Shown here one piece after another: positions 26,259 through 39,500 of a DNA stretch of 64,000 nt; the first letter of the stretch is position 1, and every line of letters starts with the position of its first letter. Location: contig DF237211.1 of NCBI GenBank assembly GCA_000708835.1, positions 1 through 64,000 of the forward strand. Reading direction: 5' to 3'. The position numbers and the translations under genes are program-made. The notes beneath the pieces were generated by a model. That model was not told the DNA's origin and did no database searches. It saw only the letters and a list, made by a program, of their open reading frames with translations. This stretch comes from Klebsormidium nitens. Taxonomy: Eukaryota; Plantae; Klebsormidiophyceae.

Positions 26259-27324
26259 AAGATGGTTCAAAGCAGATATTGAGTATCAGTTACAGGCTCC
26301 TCGGAATTTTGACTATTTACTTGCCGTGTATCATGAACAAGAGGACTCTAACGGGAAGAGCTTTCAAATCCGACTGGTGCAACGCAGCCATGTGGACTCT
26401 CGATTGATTCAAGTTCGTGGCGAATTCAAATGTATAGGACACTGCAGGTCTGGCAGGTGGTCCAATTTGGAAGTTGCCCGAGAAACGTCCGGCGCGCAGC
26501 CCAATTGGATTTTCATTACAGAAATACTGGACGGCACTCGGACACGTCATGGCGCACAGTGACCGTTGTGCACAGATCATCATTAGTGCGAGCTTGCAAC
26601 TGCATATGATCGCGAATTCGAATGCAACGAATGCCTAGTCTGTACGTTCCTGCGCATGGTCAATGCTTTGAACAGACGGTGACCGTCCCTATAGGGGCCA
26701 CCATGCATTGCATGTACAAAATTATAGGTTTAAAGGCCACCGCCCACGAATGTGCGGTGCACATGCAGGAGCTTCTATATATACCATTCTGCGCACATGT
26801 CCCCTCGGATCTATGAGTGCATCACAAGATAATGGTTACACAAAGTTCGACTAGCTCATGAGTTCTATATAACGCGGCCGGTAAGGGCCTGCAATTAGTA
26901 TATCGGGCATGCATCACATGAGGGATCTGCAGGGGCCGCGGCTTGCAAGCCCAGATCCCGATCATTGATTTTATAGAAATGCGGGTGACGATTCCCAGTC
27001 GGCGACCGCGGTCAATGGTCGTCGAGCTAGTTGGAGTTACAGAGATCGTCTTAGTACATAAGCCATGTTGGACACCATTTGATGTTGCATGCAGGAGGCG
27101 TCAGCCTGTCGAATATGTAATCTGCTGATCCAACTGACCCGATGGATCATGCAATATGTAGCATACTCCAAGTTGCAATGGCTCCGATATGATGATCATT
27201 GTTCATTGCTTGCATCGACAGCAATTGTAACAGGGTTATCGCCGAACCATTGGAGGCATAGAATGATGGCTGTCGAAGTAAAGCCGCGTGACTAGATCAG
27301 ACAAGTAATGGCATACCGTACCTG

Positions 27325-28653
27325 CTAATCTGATTCCTCGTCGTTCTCAGAGTCTTCAAAATTCTCCGCCTCAAGTGCCTCCTTCAATTTCTTTTCAAGT
27401 TCACTGTCAGAACCGGTATCTTCTTGAACTATCGGGCGCTCATTGTCCAAAACCGTGCCCCAAGCAGCCGCTTGCCGCTCGTCGGGTCTCGAGACGGTAT
27501 CTATGTGTGCTTCCTGTAACACCCAACGCGGAGAGATATATTTGTTCATTTGCTGGGTAAGTCGCTTGTATGGAGCGAGAAGTTCGGAAAGAGTGCCTGA
27601 AACTTACTTGATACAAGGCTTTAAGAAGCACTGAAGGCTCCGAACATACACTCGAGGAGAAGCGAGAGACAGCAGAGAATGGCCCCCAGATTGTACCCAG
27701 ACTCACGTGCAATGGGGAGAGTGGTCGAGGAAGAGGGGCCAGATCCTCATCACCAGCGATTTGCTGATCTTGCATATTCCAAGAAGCAGACTGGAGGATC
27801 AATTGTTCCTCGAGCTGCACGGAAAGATGGACAGGGAACCTCAGAAAAGCAAAATACCCAAATATAAAGTAATGTGCTAAAGTTAAATCAGACAACTACT
27901 TTCAAAGACCCTCAAAAGGGTGCTTTGTACGACTCCTCCCTTTTGAGTGGGCGTCCGGCACGTCATGCGTGCTCACCAACGGCATCAAAGATCTAGCGGT
28001 CAAACCTTTGGATGGCTTATGAGGGACTGCCAGACAATGAAAATTAAACAATGAAGTTCATGTCCTGTGCCCACCAAGGTCGCGACGAGCGTTATACAGT
28101 GTTGAGAGGTGTAAAGTGGCACTTACACCAATATAATCGATTGAGTATTGATGCGGAGCAATGATGCATGACAGATGTGCTGTTGCAATCTGAACATACA
28201 TTGAACCTGTCCTTTGAGTCAGCCAGCGAGTGACATACTTGCCTTCAGCCTTTCCAGCTGTTTCTCCACCTTGCTCTGCATCTGCTGCAGGGTGTCAGCT
28301 TCAGCTTCAAGCAGTCTGCAGGCAAAAGAAGCGCAAAGTCAACGAGGATTGCAAAGAGATAGAGAGTGGAAGCTGATGAAGATCAGCGATGGTTTCGAGA
28401 AACGCATGACGTTTCAAGGTCCTCAGAATTGGTTTGAATCAAGTGGTGCGACGGTGCAGGCAGCTGAATGACTGGCTTCTGATGAAAATTTGATGCTCCA
28501 CACCATACACAATCGGAAAAGGAGAAAGCATAAGAAGACGGGGGAACTGATGAACATACAGCTCTAGAAGAGGAACATGACATGGACCAAAAAGTATGCT
28601 ACATTCCACTCTTATACTCACTTCGAAACCTCCTGGGGGCTGAGGCTTTCCAT
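27325..28653 (-). CDS. Small 4-exon protein with an N-terminal coiled coil resembling SNAPC5/SNAP19 and an acidic tail
   Basis: Exons 28653-28622, 28315-28243, 27814-27608 and about 27552-27325 give MESLSPQEVSKLLEAEADTLQQMQSKVEKQLERLKLEEQLILQS..EDSENDEESD. QLERLKLEE recalls SNAPC5 QLNRLKVEE. A further 5' exon near 28820-29000 is possible. Confidence 0.4.
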
Positions 28654-29368
28654 GAAGTCTCCGTCCAGCAAAAGCTTTCAGTATGGGGGCACTGGCCGTC
28701 CAGTGGACAGAACGACGCCCAACACCAATAGGGACATCCCCAGGAGTTACCCAGCGCTAGTAGGCAGGTCTGATCGTGGATCCATCCTATTATGAAAGTA
28801 ATCCAACATTCACTTTACCAACTCCAAGCGGGCGCCAAGCGGCGGCCCATGGGTACCACCACCGCACCATCGAGGCCGACACGCATTGAAATAGTCTGCA
28901 GATTGCAAGGAGTCCCAGCCACAGCAATTCAAGGGCACCCTCTGCCTCCCTTTCGGTGTCTCCTCTGATGTTTGCCCATTGTCTTGTAGCACTGCCGTGC
29001 TGCCACTGGTGAGGCTGAAGCAAAGTCATCTTGTCTGACTAACCTTTTGATCATAGATGTTTAATATATTCGACAGTGGTCAAGGATATTCCCTCCGGAT
29101 TATCTCGGTTATACCGTACCGGTACTTTGCCGGCGGCGTTGATGCGTGTCGGGCGGTGGTAAACGTTGGACACTCATGCAAATAACCGGGAGTTTACTCG
29201 TCATACGAATTGCTTGCTGCTGATAGGAGGGTGCGAGACATAGTCCGGGGGACCGGGTCCAGCATTGAATTCCACCATATCGTTCGCTGAACTCTAGCTC
29301 ACAGTTGAAGCTTTCAAGAGAAGCTGCACAGGAAAAGCCGTCCACAAAAGCTGTCCGGCGGCACAAAA

Positions 29369-32300
29369 ATGGCGCTGGAGATCGAGGCCCGCGACGTCAT
29401 CAAGATCGTGCTACAATTCTGCAAGGAGAACTCGCTGACGCAGACCTTCCAGACGCTGCAGCAGGAGTGCCAGGTGTCGCTCAACACGGTGGACAGCACC
29501 GAAACGTTTGTGGGGGACATTGAGGCGGGGCGCTGGGATGCAGTGCTCCCGCAGGTGGCGCAGCTGAAGCTGCCCAAGAAGAAGCTGGAGGATCTATACG
29601 AGCAGATTGTGCTGGTGAGGGCCGTGGGAATAAGGACTAGGTTGAGGAGACTTTGAAATTGCGGGGGTGGTGGGGCTGATGAAATGAATTCTGTGTCATG
29701 GAATGGGAGTTTGTTTTGTGCTGGTGCAACGATTCCGGATTCATTGCAGGAAAGGAGGAGAAATCGAGCTCTCGTGCCGGTAATAGCATGCTTTGGGAAT
29801 CTGGAAATCAGAGAGCGGGGGGCATGCCCAAGCGATTCGCTTTGTGTCAGTTTCTGTTCAACGGCTGAACAGGAAGGAATCGAAGGACGTAAGGAAGTCC
29901 AAAGGACAACAACAGTTTACAACAACACTTTACATCCTTTCTGGGTGTGCAATGTGGGCCAAAAAAAAAGTCCCAAGCTATGCGTAGCACCCGGCAGAAG
30001 CCAAGATATTGGTCTCTCATAATACTTTTTGACTGCACCAACAAAAACTTCTGTTTAAACACGCGTCCATCCAAGCTGCACACGAGCTGCTTCTCGAATC
30101 GTACGGCTTCTCAGGTTTCCTTTTGGGAACAATCATTGGTATCCCCAGGTGTCCAATGCAACCACACCATACCCTGCATGGGGTCGCTTCACACTGACGC
30201 ATTACTTTCATATTGTCATTGTTTCCAGCTTTTCACTTTGGGCCCGTTCCTACGAAACTGCTTCATTCTAGTTTTGTTAACCCAGCCGCTCAATCACCCC
30301 CGCGCCCAGTGTTACTCCCCCGGCTCCCCCGGTCCTCTTGTCAAGTTGCCCGGTCTTACAATCTGCTGCGACAGACTTTTGCCCGTTCTCCTCTGCCATT
30401 TCCTCCGCTCTTCTTTCGGATTCCAGTGGCAACTGCCCCAACCTACGTCAATCCTTGAGATATCAAGCTGGACAGTGCGCAAGCCATTTTTCTCACTGAC
30501 CATCTTTCCGCGATCCCCTTTATTGAGAAATTTCACCCCCACTCAATCCCCCTTGCAGGAAATGATTGAGCTCCGCGAGTTGGACACGGCGAAGGCCATC
30601 CTGCGGCAGACGCAGGCGATGAGCGCAATGAAGTTGGAGGACCCCGAGCGCTACTCGCGCATGGAGCACCTGCTCGTGCGAACCTACTTCGACCCCAAAG
30701 AGGTTTACCAGGTGAGACAGACGCCTTTACTCTTAGCGATGAGTCATCTTACTTCCTTCTTCTTTGAGGCAGGGCAGCCGTCTCTTTGATACGAGACACC
30801 AGGTGTTTTGGACAGTCCACCTCTCGAAACGGGGTCCCCGCTCAAGAGGTGCTTGAAGGTTAGACCCCTTCTGGTAAACTCCATCCCGTGATTCCCTTAG
30901 TGCAAATAGGATGCAACACAGATTACCCTTTGTGCTGTGAGGTCTGGCTGGATTTTGTAAAAACGCGAGTGTTCCTTACACCTGCAGGACTCGTCCAAGG
31001 AGAAGCGGCGCGCGGCAATTGCACAGGCCCTGCTCACGGAGGTCACAGTGGTGCCCCCCAGCCGGCTGATGGCGCTTATCGGGCAGAGCCTCAAGTGGCA
31101 ACAACACCAGGTGAAAGCAAGGCCTTCGTGTCATTCGGAGTCTTTCCAGGGGTGTCTATCGTCCCCCTCCTTATAAGCCGGGTTACGAGGCATGCACTCA
31201 AGAAGTTGCAAAGCGAATCAAGGCATTTTCGTCTTGACATTGAAGACTGGCATGAGCAGTGGCAGAATCGGAAGACCGGACACGCCCTCAACTTGAAACG
31301 ATGGACGGCGGATGGCTGGCCCAACACTACAGAGGAAATTTGCATGGAAGACGGCTTCGAGTGGCTGACGCATAAGTGGTACCCGTTCCCGGTTTGAAAG
31401 AAGCAGGAGGAAGCTCCAGGGTACTTACTTCCTATCCTGCATATTCTGAGGGGCATGCCACTTCTTCCGTTTCTGGCCCCGAGCTTTGAGCTGCCAAGTC
31501 TTGGAGCGGCATTGTAAGTATCTCTGAACTAGGTCCTTTTGGTGCTGAGCGAAGTCGTGTTCCACCCTCACGGCTCGCCCAGATGTAAAGTAGTTCGACA
31601 ATCGAAGACATGACATTGCGTAACCCCTTGGTAATCACATGCGCGGGGCTTCCGTTCAGCTCGAGCACTTCTGCACCGCTGCTCCGCAAATTGTCGTCCC
31701 CTCCTCCCCTCAAAACCAATACGCAAGTTCCCCCCCCGGGCGACTCTCTTTTTTATGGCTCACGTAGCTCCCCCCCCCCGCGTTTCTGCAGGGCCTGCTC
31801 CCCCCAGGCAGCCAGTTCGACCTGTTCCGGGGGGCTGCCCCGATCAAGGCGGACGAGGAGGAGCGGTACCCGACGGCGCTGCTGCACGCCATCAAGTTCG
31901 GCAAGAAGAGCCACCCCGAGTGCGCGCGCTTTTCGCTCGACGGCCAGTTCCTCGTCTCCTCCTCCGTCGACGGCTTCATTGAGGTCAGCACTCGCCGGTT
32001 CCATTTGTCGAGCTGAGGCGGTCAGTCGATCTCTTGCGGGCACGTTGAATAGTAACAACTTCTTTGTTCGTCGAAGGTCTGTTCGTCGAAGGTCTTTTCT
32101 TTGCAACTGTTTTGACACGGGGGACGATTGAAAGTTGATCTCCTCGGATCGTCTGGCAACTCGAGAAGCGCGAGATCCGATACGCCCTGGCGAAGAGATA
32201 AATTGCCCGTGCATGCCTGAACCTTGAGTGCCAAGCCCTCGCCTCTATCTCCGTCCCTTTCCTTTTCCATCCCCCTCTTGGCTGCCTTTTACTGCCTCTC

Positions 32301-35300
32301 ACACTTCACTATTTTCCAAAGAAGACCGCTCCAGCCCGGTCGCTTCGTCCTCTGCAGGTGTGGGACTATTTGAGCGGCAAGCTGAAGAAGGACCTGCAGT
32401 ACCAGGCAGAGGACGCGTTCATGATGCACGACGACGCGGTGCTGTCGCTCGACATCAGCCGCGACTCCGAGATCGTCGCGTCGGGGTCGCAGGACGGCAA
32501 GATCAAGGTCTGGCGCCTGCGCACCGGGCAGTGCCTGCGGCGATTCGAACGGGCGCACTCGCAGGTGAGAAGGATGACTCAGATATTAGCTTTGAAGGAG
32601 TGCTATCAGAGTACAGGAGTGCTTGTCAAATGCAGAAAGGACGTTACGAACGAGGTACTGGGGCGGGCCCCGTTTATTCCGTGCCCGCTTTTCCGAGGTT
32701 GGTCTTGTTGCTGGCCTCTTACACGGAACCAGGAGTGAAGGCCGCATGGGACGTGAGTCGCAAGGTGCAGGCTGATGAGACGTCCCCTTTGGTGCTTATC
32801 AAAAGCAGCGGTCGCTTCTTCACCCGAAGAAGAGAATCCGTCTCTAATACGGGTCTCCTGGGCACGCAACGAAAACCTTTCGAGGTCTTGAAGTTGAAGG
32901 TCTTTTCTTTCAAAGCGGGGGGAGACGTTTCTATGTCCGCTCATTAGGTAGGGTCAAAAGGACTCGGTTTTGGAGTCGGCTGTTGTTAGAACGGGTGACT
33001 TGGCGAGGTTTACGTCCGAAACCCCTGGTCTTGGCGTCGTCCGACCAATCAACGTTCGAGAAGGCCCTACAGTACTTCAACCGTTGCCACGTCATTATGT
33101 CACCAGCATCACCCGTCTCGGTCCGCGAATTGGCTTGTTCTATTTGACCCCTACCTTGTGGCTGGTCTTTGTGACGAGCCGTTCCCTCGTTATGCAGCGC
33201 CAGTCAGCTGCGTGGCCAAGAGTGTACTGACCCGTCCTCTCCTCCCCGGGCATGATCAGCTCGGCGTGCAGAAGCAGACGGCGAAAGTTCCTCGGACGTC
33301 CTCTGAAATCTCATTCCCCCCCGGGCGTAACAAGCCTGGCGAGGAGAAAAAAAGGGGCGAATTTCTTGACGTTATTATATATTTGTATTTTCCCCAGGGC
33401 GTGACGAGCCTGGCCTTCTCGCGGGACGGCAGCCAGCTGCTGAGCTCGAGCTTCGACGCGACCGCGCGCGTGCACGGGCTCAAGTCGGGCAAGATGCTCA
33501 AGGAGTTTCGCGGCCACACTAGTTACGTCAACCACGCCGTCTTCAGCGCGGACGGGGCCAAGGTCGTCACGGCCTCCAGCGACGGGACCGTCAAGGTGAG
33601 CGGGCCGTCTGAGGAAGAAGAAAGACCCACCTGTTTTTGAACAGGGTATGCATCTTGGTTAGTATGGATCTTGGTTGGTTTCGATGTTGGTAGAATTGTT
33701 GGTCGAGGTGACAAAGCGCTCCCGATGACGCTTCAAGTTCCGAAATGCTTCACTTGCTTCATGAAGGATTTATCAAACTCTGGGTCAGTCGGATGCAGAG
33801 TCTTTGAAACAACCGGCTCGCATCAGTATGTTGATGGCACACTGCACCCACCTTGCTGCACTGCACTTGACTCGAAGCGGATCAGAGCAGATCATAATCC
33901 ACAAGCCCCGTGACCCTTTCAGGTGTGGGACTTCAAAACGGCCGACTGCATCACCACCTTTAGACCGCCCGCCCCCGCTCGGGTAAGTACCAGCCAGCGC
34001 AGTAATGATGGCTCTTTGCACATATTGACGTACTCTTCTGGAGGTTGTTCCTTGCAAAAGCCGTTGCTTGGCCGCGCACCACGCACCGTCTCGCTCCTTG
34101 CGGGAGAAGACATCAGCTGAGAGTGTATGGGGACTCACTCTGGACGCCGTGTGGAGTTTGGTATTCTTTTTCTGGGAAGCAGTACTCTCTGCTGGTTGAA
34201 AAAGATGTAGCTCGAGGCAATTCCTTTACTGTACATCACTTCCTCGAAAATCGTGCCAACCGCGTTGGTCTTGCAAGTACATATGATCGCAGCTTGCTGG
34301 AAGCGGAAAGCCCTCACAGAAAGGTACGTCAGAAAGGAATACCGACGCCACGTCGGCGCGCGTGCAGGGTGGGGAGGTGGCGGTCAACTCGGTGCACGTG
34401 TTCCCGAAGAACCCGGAGCAACTAGTGGTGTGCAGCAAAACGTCGAGCGTCTACATCATGACGCTGCAGGGGCAGGTGCGGGCGCCACGTCAGCACGCTT
34501 GCTTCTCTGTCCTTGATTCCGTTCCTTCCTTTTGACATCGCTTTTCAACGGCCTGTGCGTTTCAAAGCTTCGTGTCTTTTTTGAGAGTGTTGGCATGGAA
34601 CGAAGGGGACTGCTTCGTCCTCGCTTTTCCAAGGGCCTCCCTTGAGGTTGCTTTGAAAGACCGCTCGCGTCATCACAAGCTGGAACAGGTTGGAGCGGGT
34701 TAGGACTAGTGTTGTTTCTGCGCCGGATACAAAAGTGCAGCCGCGAAAACCGATTTGATGACGATAAAGGTAGACAATCGGCTCAAAGGAGATTGTCTGG
34801 TACGTCAAGAGTAAAACGATACTTACCCGATCCGCATCACAGGTCGTACGGAGTTTTGCGTCGGGTAAAAAGGAAGGAGGGGACTTCGTGGCGGCGTGCG
34901 TGTCGCCCAAGGGGGACTGGATCTACTGCGTGGGAGAGGACAAGTGAGTGACTCGCGGGCAATGCTTGGCGACTCATCAGAAACTTTTTGAAGGCCTTCT
35001 TGCGATGTTCAAGTCGCACAATTCATTGCCGCCCGCTGCATTCATCGACTTGCCCACTTCGGACGTTTCTATATCATATCTTTTTAGTGCTTGGTCTTTC
35101 TTGTGAAAGTCGAGGTGTCCTTGCTCCAATACTAAGGGGGAGCTGACAAAAGTTTCGTCGGTCTGATGTGCAGCACAATGTATTGCTTTAGCACGCAAAC
35201 GAACAAGCTGGAGCATCTACTAAGGGTAAGTTATCTACTTCCTTATTGGTGCAAGGCTTCCTGCTTGCCAGTGCGGAGAAACAATTGTGGGGAATGTAGC

Positions 35301-35567
35301 TTGGTATCGCACATTGCAAGCGTATGCTTGAGCTTGCCTTAGCATCCGTTCAGAGTTTCTGATTGGCTCCAAGTGCGAATAGTTGTGCACCGCTTGGCTT
35401 GTAGAGAGAGCCGCAGGTTTTACTCAAGTGCTCAACTCCCCATGTTGACCACCTTTGTTGTTCTGCAGGCGCACGATAAAGACGTCCTCGGCTTGACTCA
35501 CCATCCTCACCGAAATCTTGTAGCCACGATAAGTGAAGACAGTACATTGAAACTATGGAAGCCATGA
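29369..35567 (+). CDS. SMU1: SMU1 spliceosomal LisH/CTLH + WD40 protein
   Basis: [57 protein letters not shown] repeats ([18 protein letters not shown]) and the C-terminal [15 protein letters not shown]. Spliced across about 11 phase-consistent exons. Confidence 0.97.
32065..32094. repeat. Perfect 15-bp tandem duplication in a SMU1 intron
   Basis: tgttcgtcgaaggtc occurs twice in tandem. Confidence 0.85.
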
Positions 35568-36512
35568 TTTTTAATGCGTCTCTGTTGTGTCCGTTTGGAG
35601 TCCATTTGTCGTTATTTCAGATAGCAGCCCAACGTCACGCAAAGCTGCCGGTCCTTTGCGCAGCCACTGACCTCTTAGACGGAATGAAGCATGCATGGCC
35701 CTTTCTTGAACCTTGCACAGGGGCTCTCCTTTCATTCCCCACAAAGCTGTACCATGTAAGTGCCAGTTCCGGTGCCATGATGCGGGCCCAATTGGTGCGC
35801 CCAATTGTCCATCTACGATATGATTCGTGCCTACAAAGCAACCGTCTTGAATTTGCGCTAGCACGAGCCGCATATAGTCAACAACAGATCATTGCTATGC
35901 GCGCAATGATGGGCCGCGCAGGTCCCATTGGCAAGTAGGTCGGACCGTCAACGTCTCGTGGTAGCTGATGCGCTCGGATGCATGCTTGAAGCTATAGCTC
36001 TACTAGGTATCAGCTAAGTTCAGCATGACAAGGATCGTTTGCAAGCCCATCGCGCGTTGACGATTGCCTAGCTAGAGGGCCTGGCCGGCGCGGCCCATCA
36101 TAACCGGTATACTAATCCTCGTAAATTGCCATGGTCACTGTTTGAACCGGCAAAAGTTGTGCGCGCGCAAATCTAGCTGACCTACCATGAAGATAAGTTG
36201 CACATGTGGGTCCTTAAGGCGACCATGAGCTTTCAGGCATAGAAGCTGCACATCTGCTGCACGACTTTAGGCCGGCTGCCCGGGGGCCACCAGGTTTTAC
36301 GTCCATTTGACAACACATGCGGCCGTTGTGACCGCTGACTGTGCCTCTATGTGATCGAATCTGTGCCGGCCACGAGCCTTATTAATGCACAGGCACAACA
36401 CAATTGATCTAATGAAGTCAAACTTTATATCCGCAGCTCGCTCAATGTAATCCAAGGGTCAGGATACATACGGGCTCCTATCTGCAATCAATTTCAGTGA
36501 TGACATACTAGG

Positions 36513-39500
36513 CTATTCCTCTGCTCTTTGCAGACGGCTTCTAGCTCTACTCAGCGCAACTGCGTGCTGGAAGAGTCCGCGAGCAGCCGTGCTACGAGCC
36601 GCAGATTCGGTGCCTCCACTTTTCAAAGTCCCCGTTGCATTTCTCCCTCGCTGGGAGCTGCGCGCATTGTCAGCGTCTGGTGCGGTGGCGAGGTACTTTC
36701 TTGCAAACACACTCAGATTGACTAGGGGCACCATCGTTGGCCGGCCATGGGCACACTGCACAGCAAGCCAGGAACGGTCGAGTCACAATTTTGTTGAGAT
36801 GATGTTTGCAAAAGCAACACACCTTTCGCAAGAATCATATCGCCCCAATCTTCATTCTGCAAGCTTCCGACCGATTCAAATGTCTCCGTTTGGGCCCTCA
36901 GAAAAATAGTATGATAGGACCGATGGTAGAGAGCAAGAGACGAGCCCTGAGTCCCAGTCAGTCAGAAAATCGCAGAATTTACCTGGAAAGGCAAGTGAGT
37001 TCTCTGAAGATGCTTGAGCAACTGCAAGCACTCTCCCGGGAGGAGGGAGTCGCCAAACATGATGGCACCTGCAGAGTCACCGCGCAGAGTGGGCGTCAGC
37101 GCTGGCGCGTTGTCAGTTCCAAGGCACTGAGAAACACGGTGCACGCTGGTAGGATGCAAGAGGGCCACCGATCAAATGCTTTTTGCTTTGTGTATTCGCT
37201 TCGTGTCGTGCTAGGATTGGCCCAAGAATGTAAGCGCCTGATCTGGACAAGCAGTTCGCGTACCTCGACAAGCTTTTGAGTTCAGAAGACGGATGATGCT
37301 CGGCGGAACCGACGACGTGCTTTGGGTGTCTTGCAGCTGCACACACAAAGTCGGTGAGGTGAGGATTGACAGGACGCGCTCTGGTCAAGCGGGACAGTTT
37401 CTGCTGTTTCGCTTCAGCGGGATCGCGAGGAGCTTGGGCAAAGAAAGCACTGGTGCGAACAAGGCGCCAAGGCTGCACAGGTAACGTCGTCCCTCACCTG
37501 CTGTACGTACTCCAGGAGATCTGGAGCGGTCAGTGTCGCGTCTTGAATACGAGGAACCTGCAAAGGCGTAAGTTCTGCAAATGTTCAATAATGGTGCTGA
37601 TTGCAAGTGCGACCAGGTAACAGAAGAAGCTTGCACATGGCGATGCCTGCTTGCCGTTTTATCATCTTCATGACACTCAATATAGGCGCTTGAGTCTCGT
37701 TTCACGCTTGTCGGTTTCAAGAAGAACACGCGTTCTTGATTCGTTCGCGAGGGGCCGCTCAAAGCAGCTTACCGCAGTGAGTAGCACCTGTCCCCTATGA
37801 CCCGGCGCTTTGTTCCTGCAGGAAAAAGCTCTTTTGAGTCATTTCTTCCATGGACGAAAGTCAGCTGGTCAGGTAATCCATCCTGGCAATCATCGCACAT
37901 GCCTTCACGACGGGCATAGCCGGCTGACCTTCGCGAGAAAGGATGCGCGCAAACTAACAACATCAACCATGCCGCTACTTACCAGATGCCTGCTGCTGTC
38001 GGCAACCTCTCGAAGGTGTAGTTCCAACCCCATTGCTCGACGACGCGCTTATGCGTCCGTAGGACTTGCTCGTCGGCTGGTGTCAGCGCCTGGAGAAATG
38101 AAATGCAGGCAAGCATAAAGTGGCGAACCCAAAGCCGAATGCGCCCGCATTCTCAAACGCTGTCTAAAGGGAGGCCAATAGACAGTCAATGTGCGACGAA
38201 TGACGGGAGAGGACGTCATCGAAGAGGGGATCCTTGCGTCACAATCTCACCAGCTTGATGGCTTCTTTGAGTAGATTCGAGCTCGTTGTTGTTTCCGAAT
38301 CCTTTACCCCAAGGACCTGTAGCACCAGAAGAGAGTCAAGAAGAGGCTTTCGAATTGAACAACGATAGCTACCTGGTTTTGCTGAAATGCCTCAATAGTA
38401 AACGATACTGCTGCAGCTGCAGAGGCCCATTGCGGAACAACACATGCTCAATCTTATCAGCATAAGCAAGCTGCATCTACGGATGGCGACCGGGGGTCTG
38501 GTCTCACCATTTCTTTGAGCTCCTCCAGTCGAACCCGCTCATCCGCAGCATGCTGCAACCATGCAATAATCCAAGTCAGATCACTTCCTCGTCGATTTGC
38601 ATTCAGCATGATGGAAGTAACAGAAAGCGCAACGTGCAAGAACTCAATCTTTGCAGCAGCCTGCTTGAAGAGTGCATAAATAGAGAAGGTTAGGCATCCG
38701 AGGGCAGAATACCAGCCTTCTTAAGGCAACAAGCTCATGTGAGAATGCTGCAGCGCCCCATGTCAGCTTCTTACTTGATCGATGATAACAAGGGTGTTCC
38801 CGGCCACGGCTGCTATGAACTTTCGGTCTAGTTGCTGGAAGACTCGGAGCCGTTGAAGCATGTCGGAGGAAATTTCCTTGGGCACGATGTTGGGATGACT
38901 GTCGATTTCTAACTCTAGAATGTCCGAGTCAGCGGCTCTGAAACACGGATTCTGCCAGGCCTGCACCAACATGTATCTCGCTGGGAAAGATCCAAGTCCA
39001 GCTTCTCAAGGAGCCGACTCGACAATCCAGCGACAGCTCTGAGGGCCGATCTGACGCAGTCAGACCTTGTCAAGGGACTTTTCGCGAATCGCAGAAGAAA
39101 AGATGGCGCTCGTGACCGTTCGACATTATGTGGCAATGCAAAGCAAAAGCAGAGGGTTGTCAAAAACGATTTCGGTGAGTGCAGTGCATGGAAAGGTCGA
39201 AGCACGTTTCCGCAAGATATTGCCCAAGAAAAAGCCAAGAGCTAGTCGGCCAGAAGGACAGAACGAAAGGCACTCACTTTGTACATGTCCTGTACCTCTT
39301 CGTTATCTCGTGAAGTCCTCCACTTTGTAAGGGAAGCCGCTTCCGGTGATGCTTGTGCAATGCGCGTGCCAGCAGTGTTACCTGCGAGTACCCTCAAAGG
39401 TCAGAAGGTGAAAGGGCGAGCGGACCGTCGAAAGCAGCCGATGAACAAGAACAAGAACAAGAACGAAACAATTCGGAAGCAATCAGCTCCTCGTGACTCG

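Noticed and set aside
29947-30789. 280-aa ORF suggesting a separate gene
   Set aside because: Only 30560-30711 is coding (SMU1 exon 2); the rest is read-through of pyrimidine-rich intron.
39443-39464. (GAACAA)3 and scattered C/G homopolymer or CAG runs
   Set aside because: These are ordinary microsatellites, polypyrimidine tracts or polyQ codons with no further structure.
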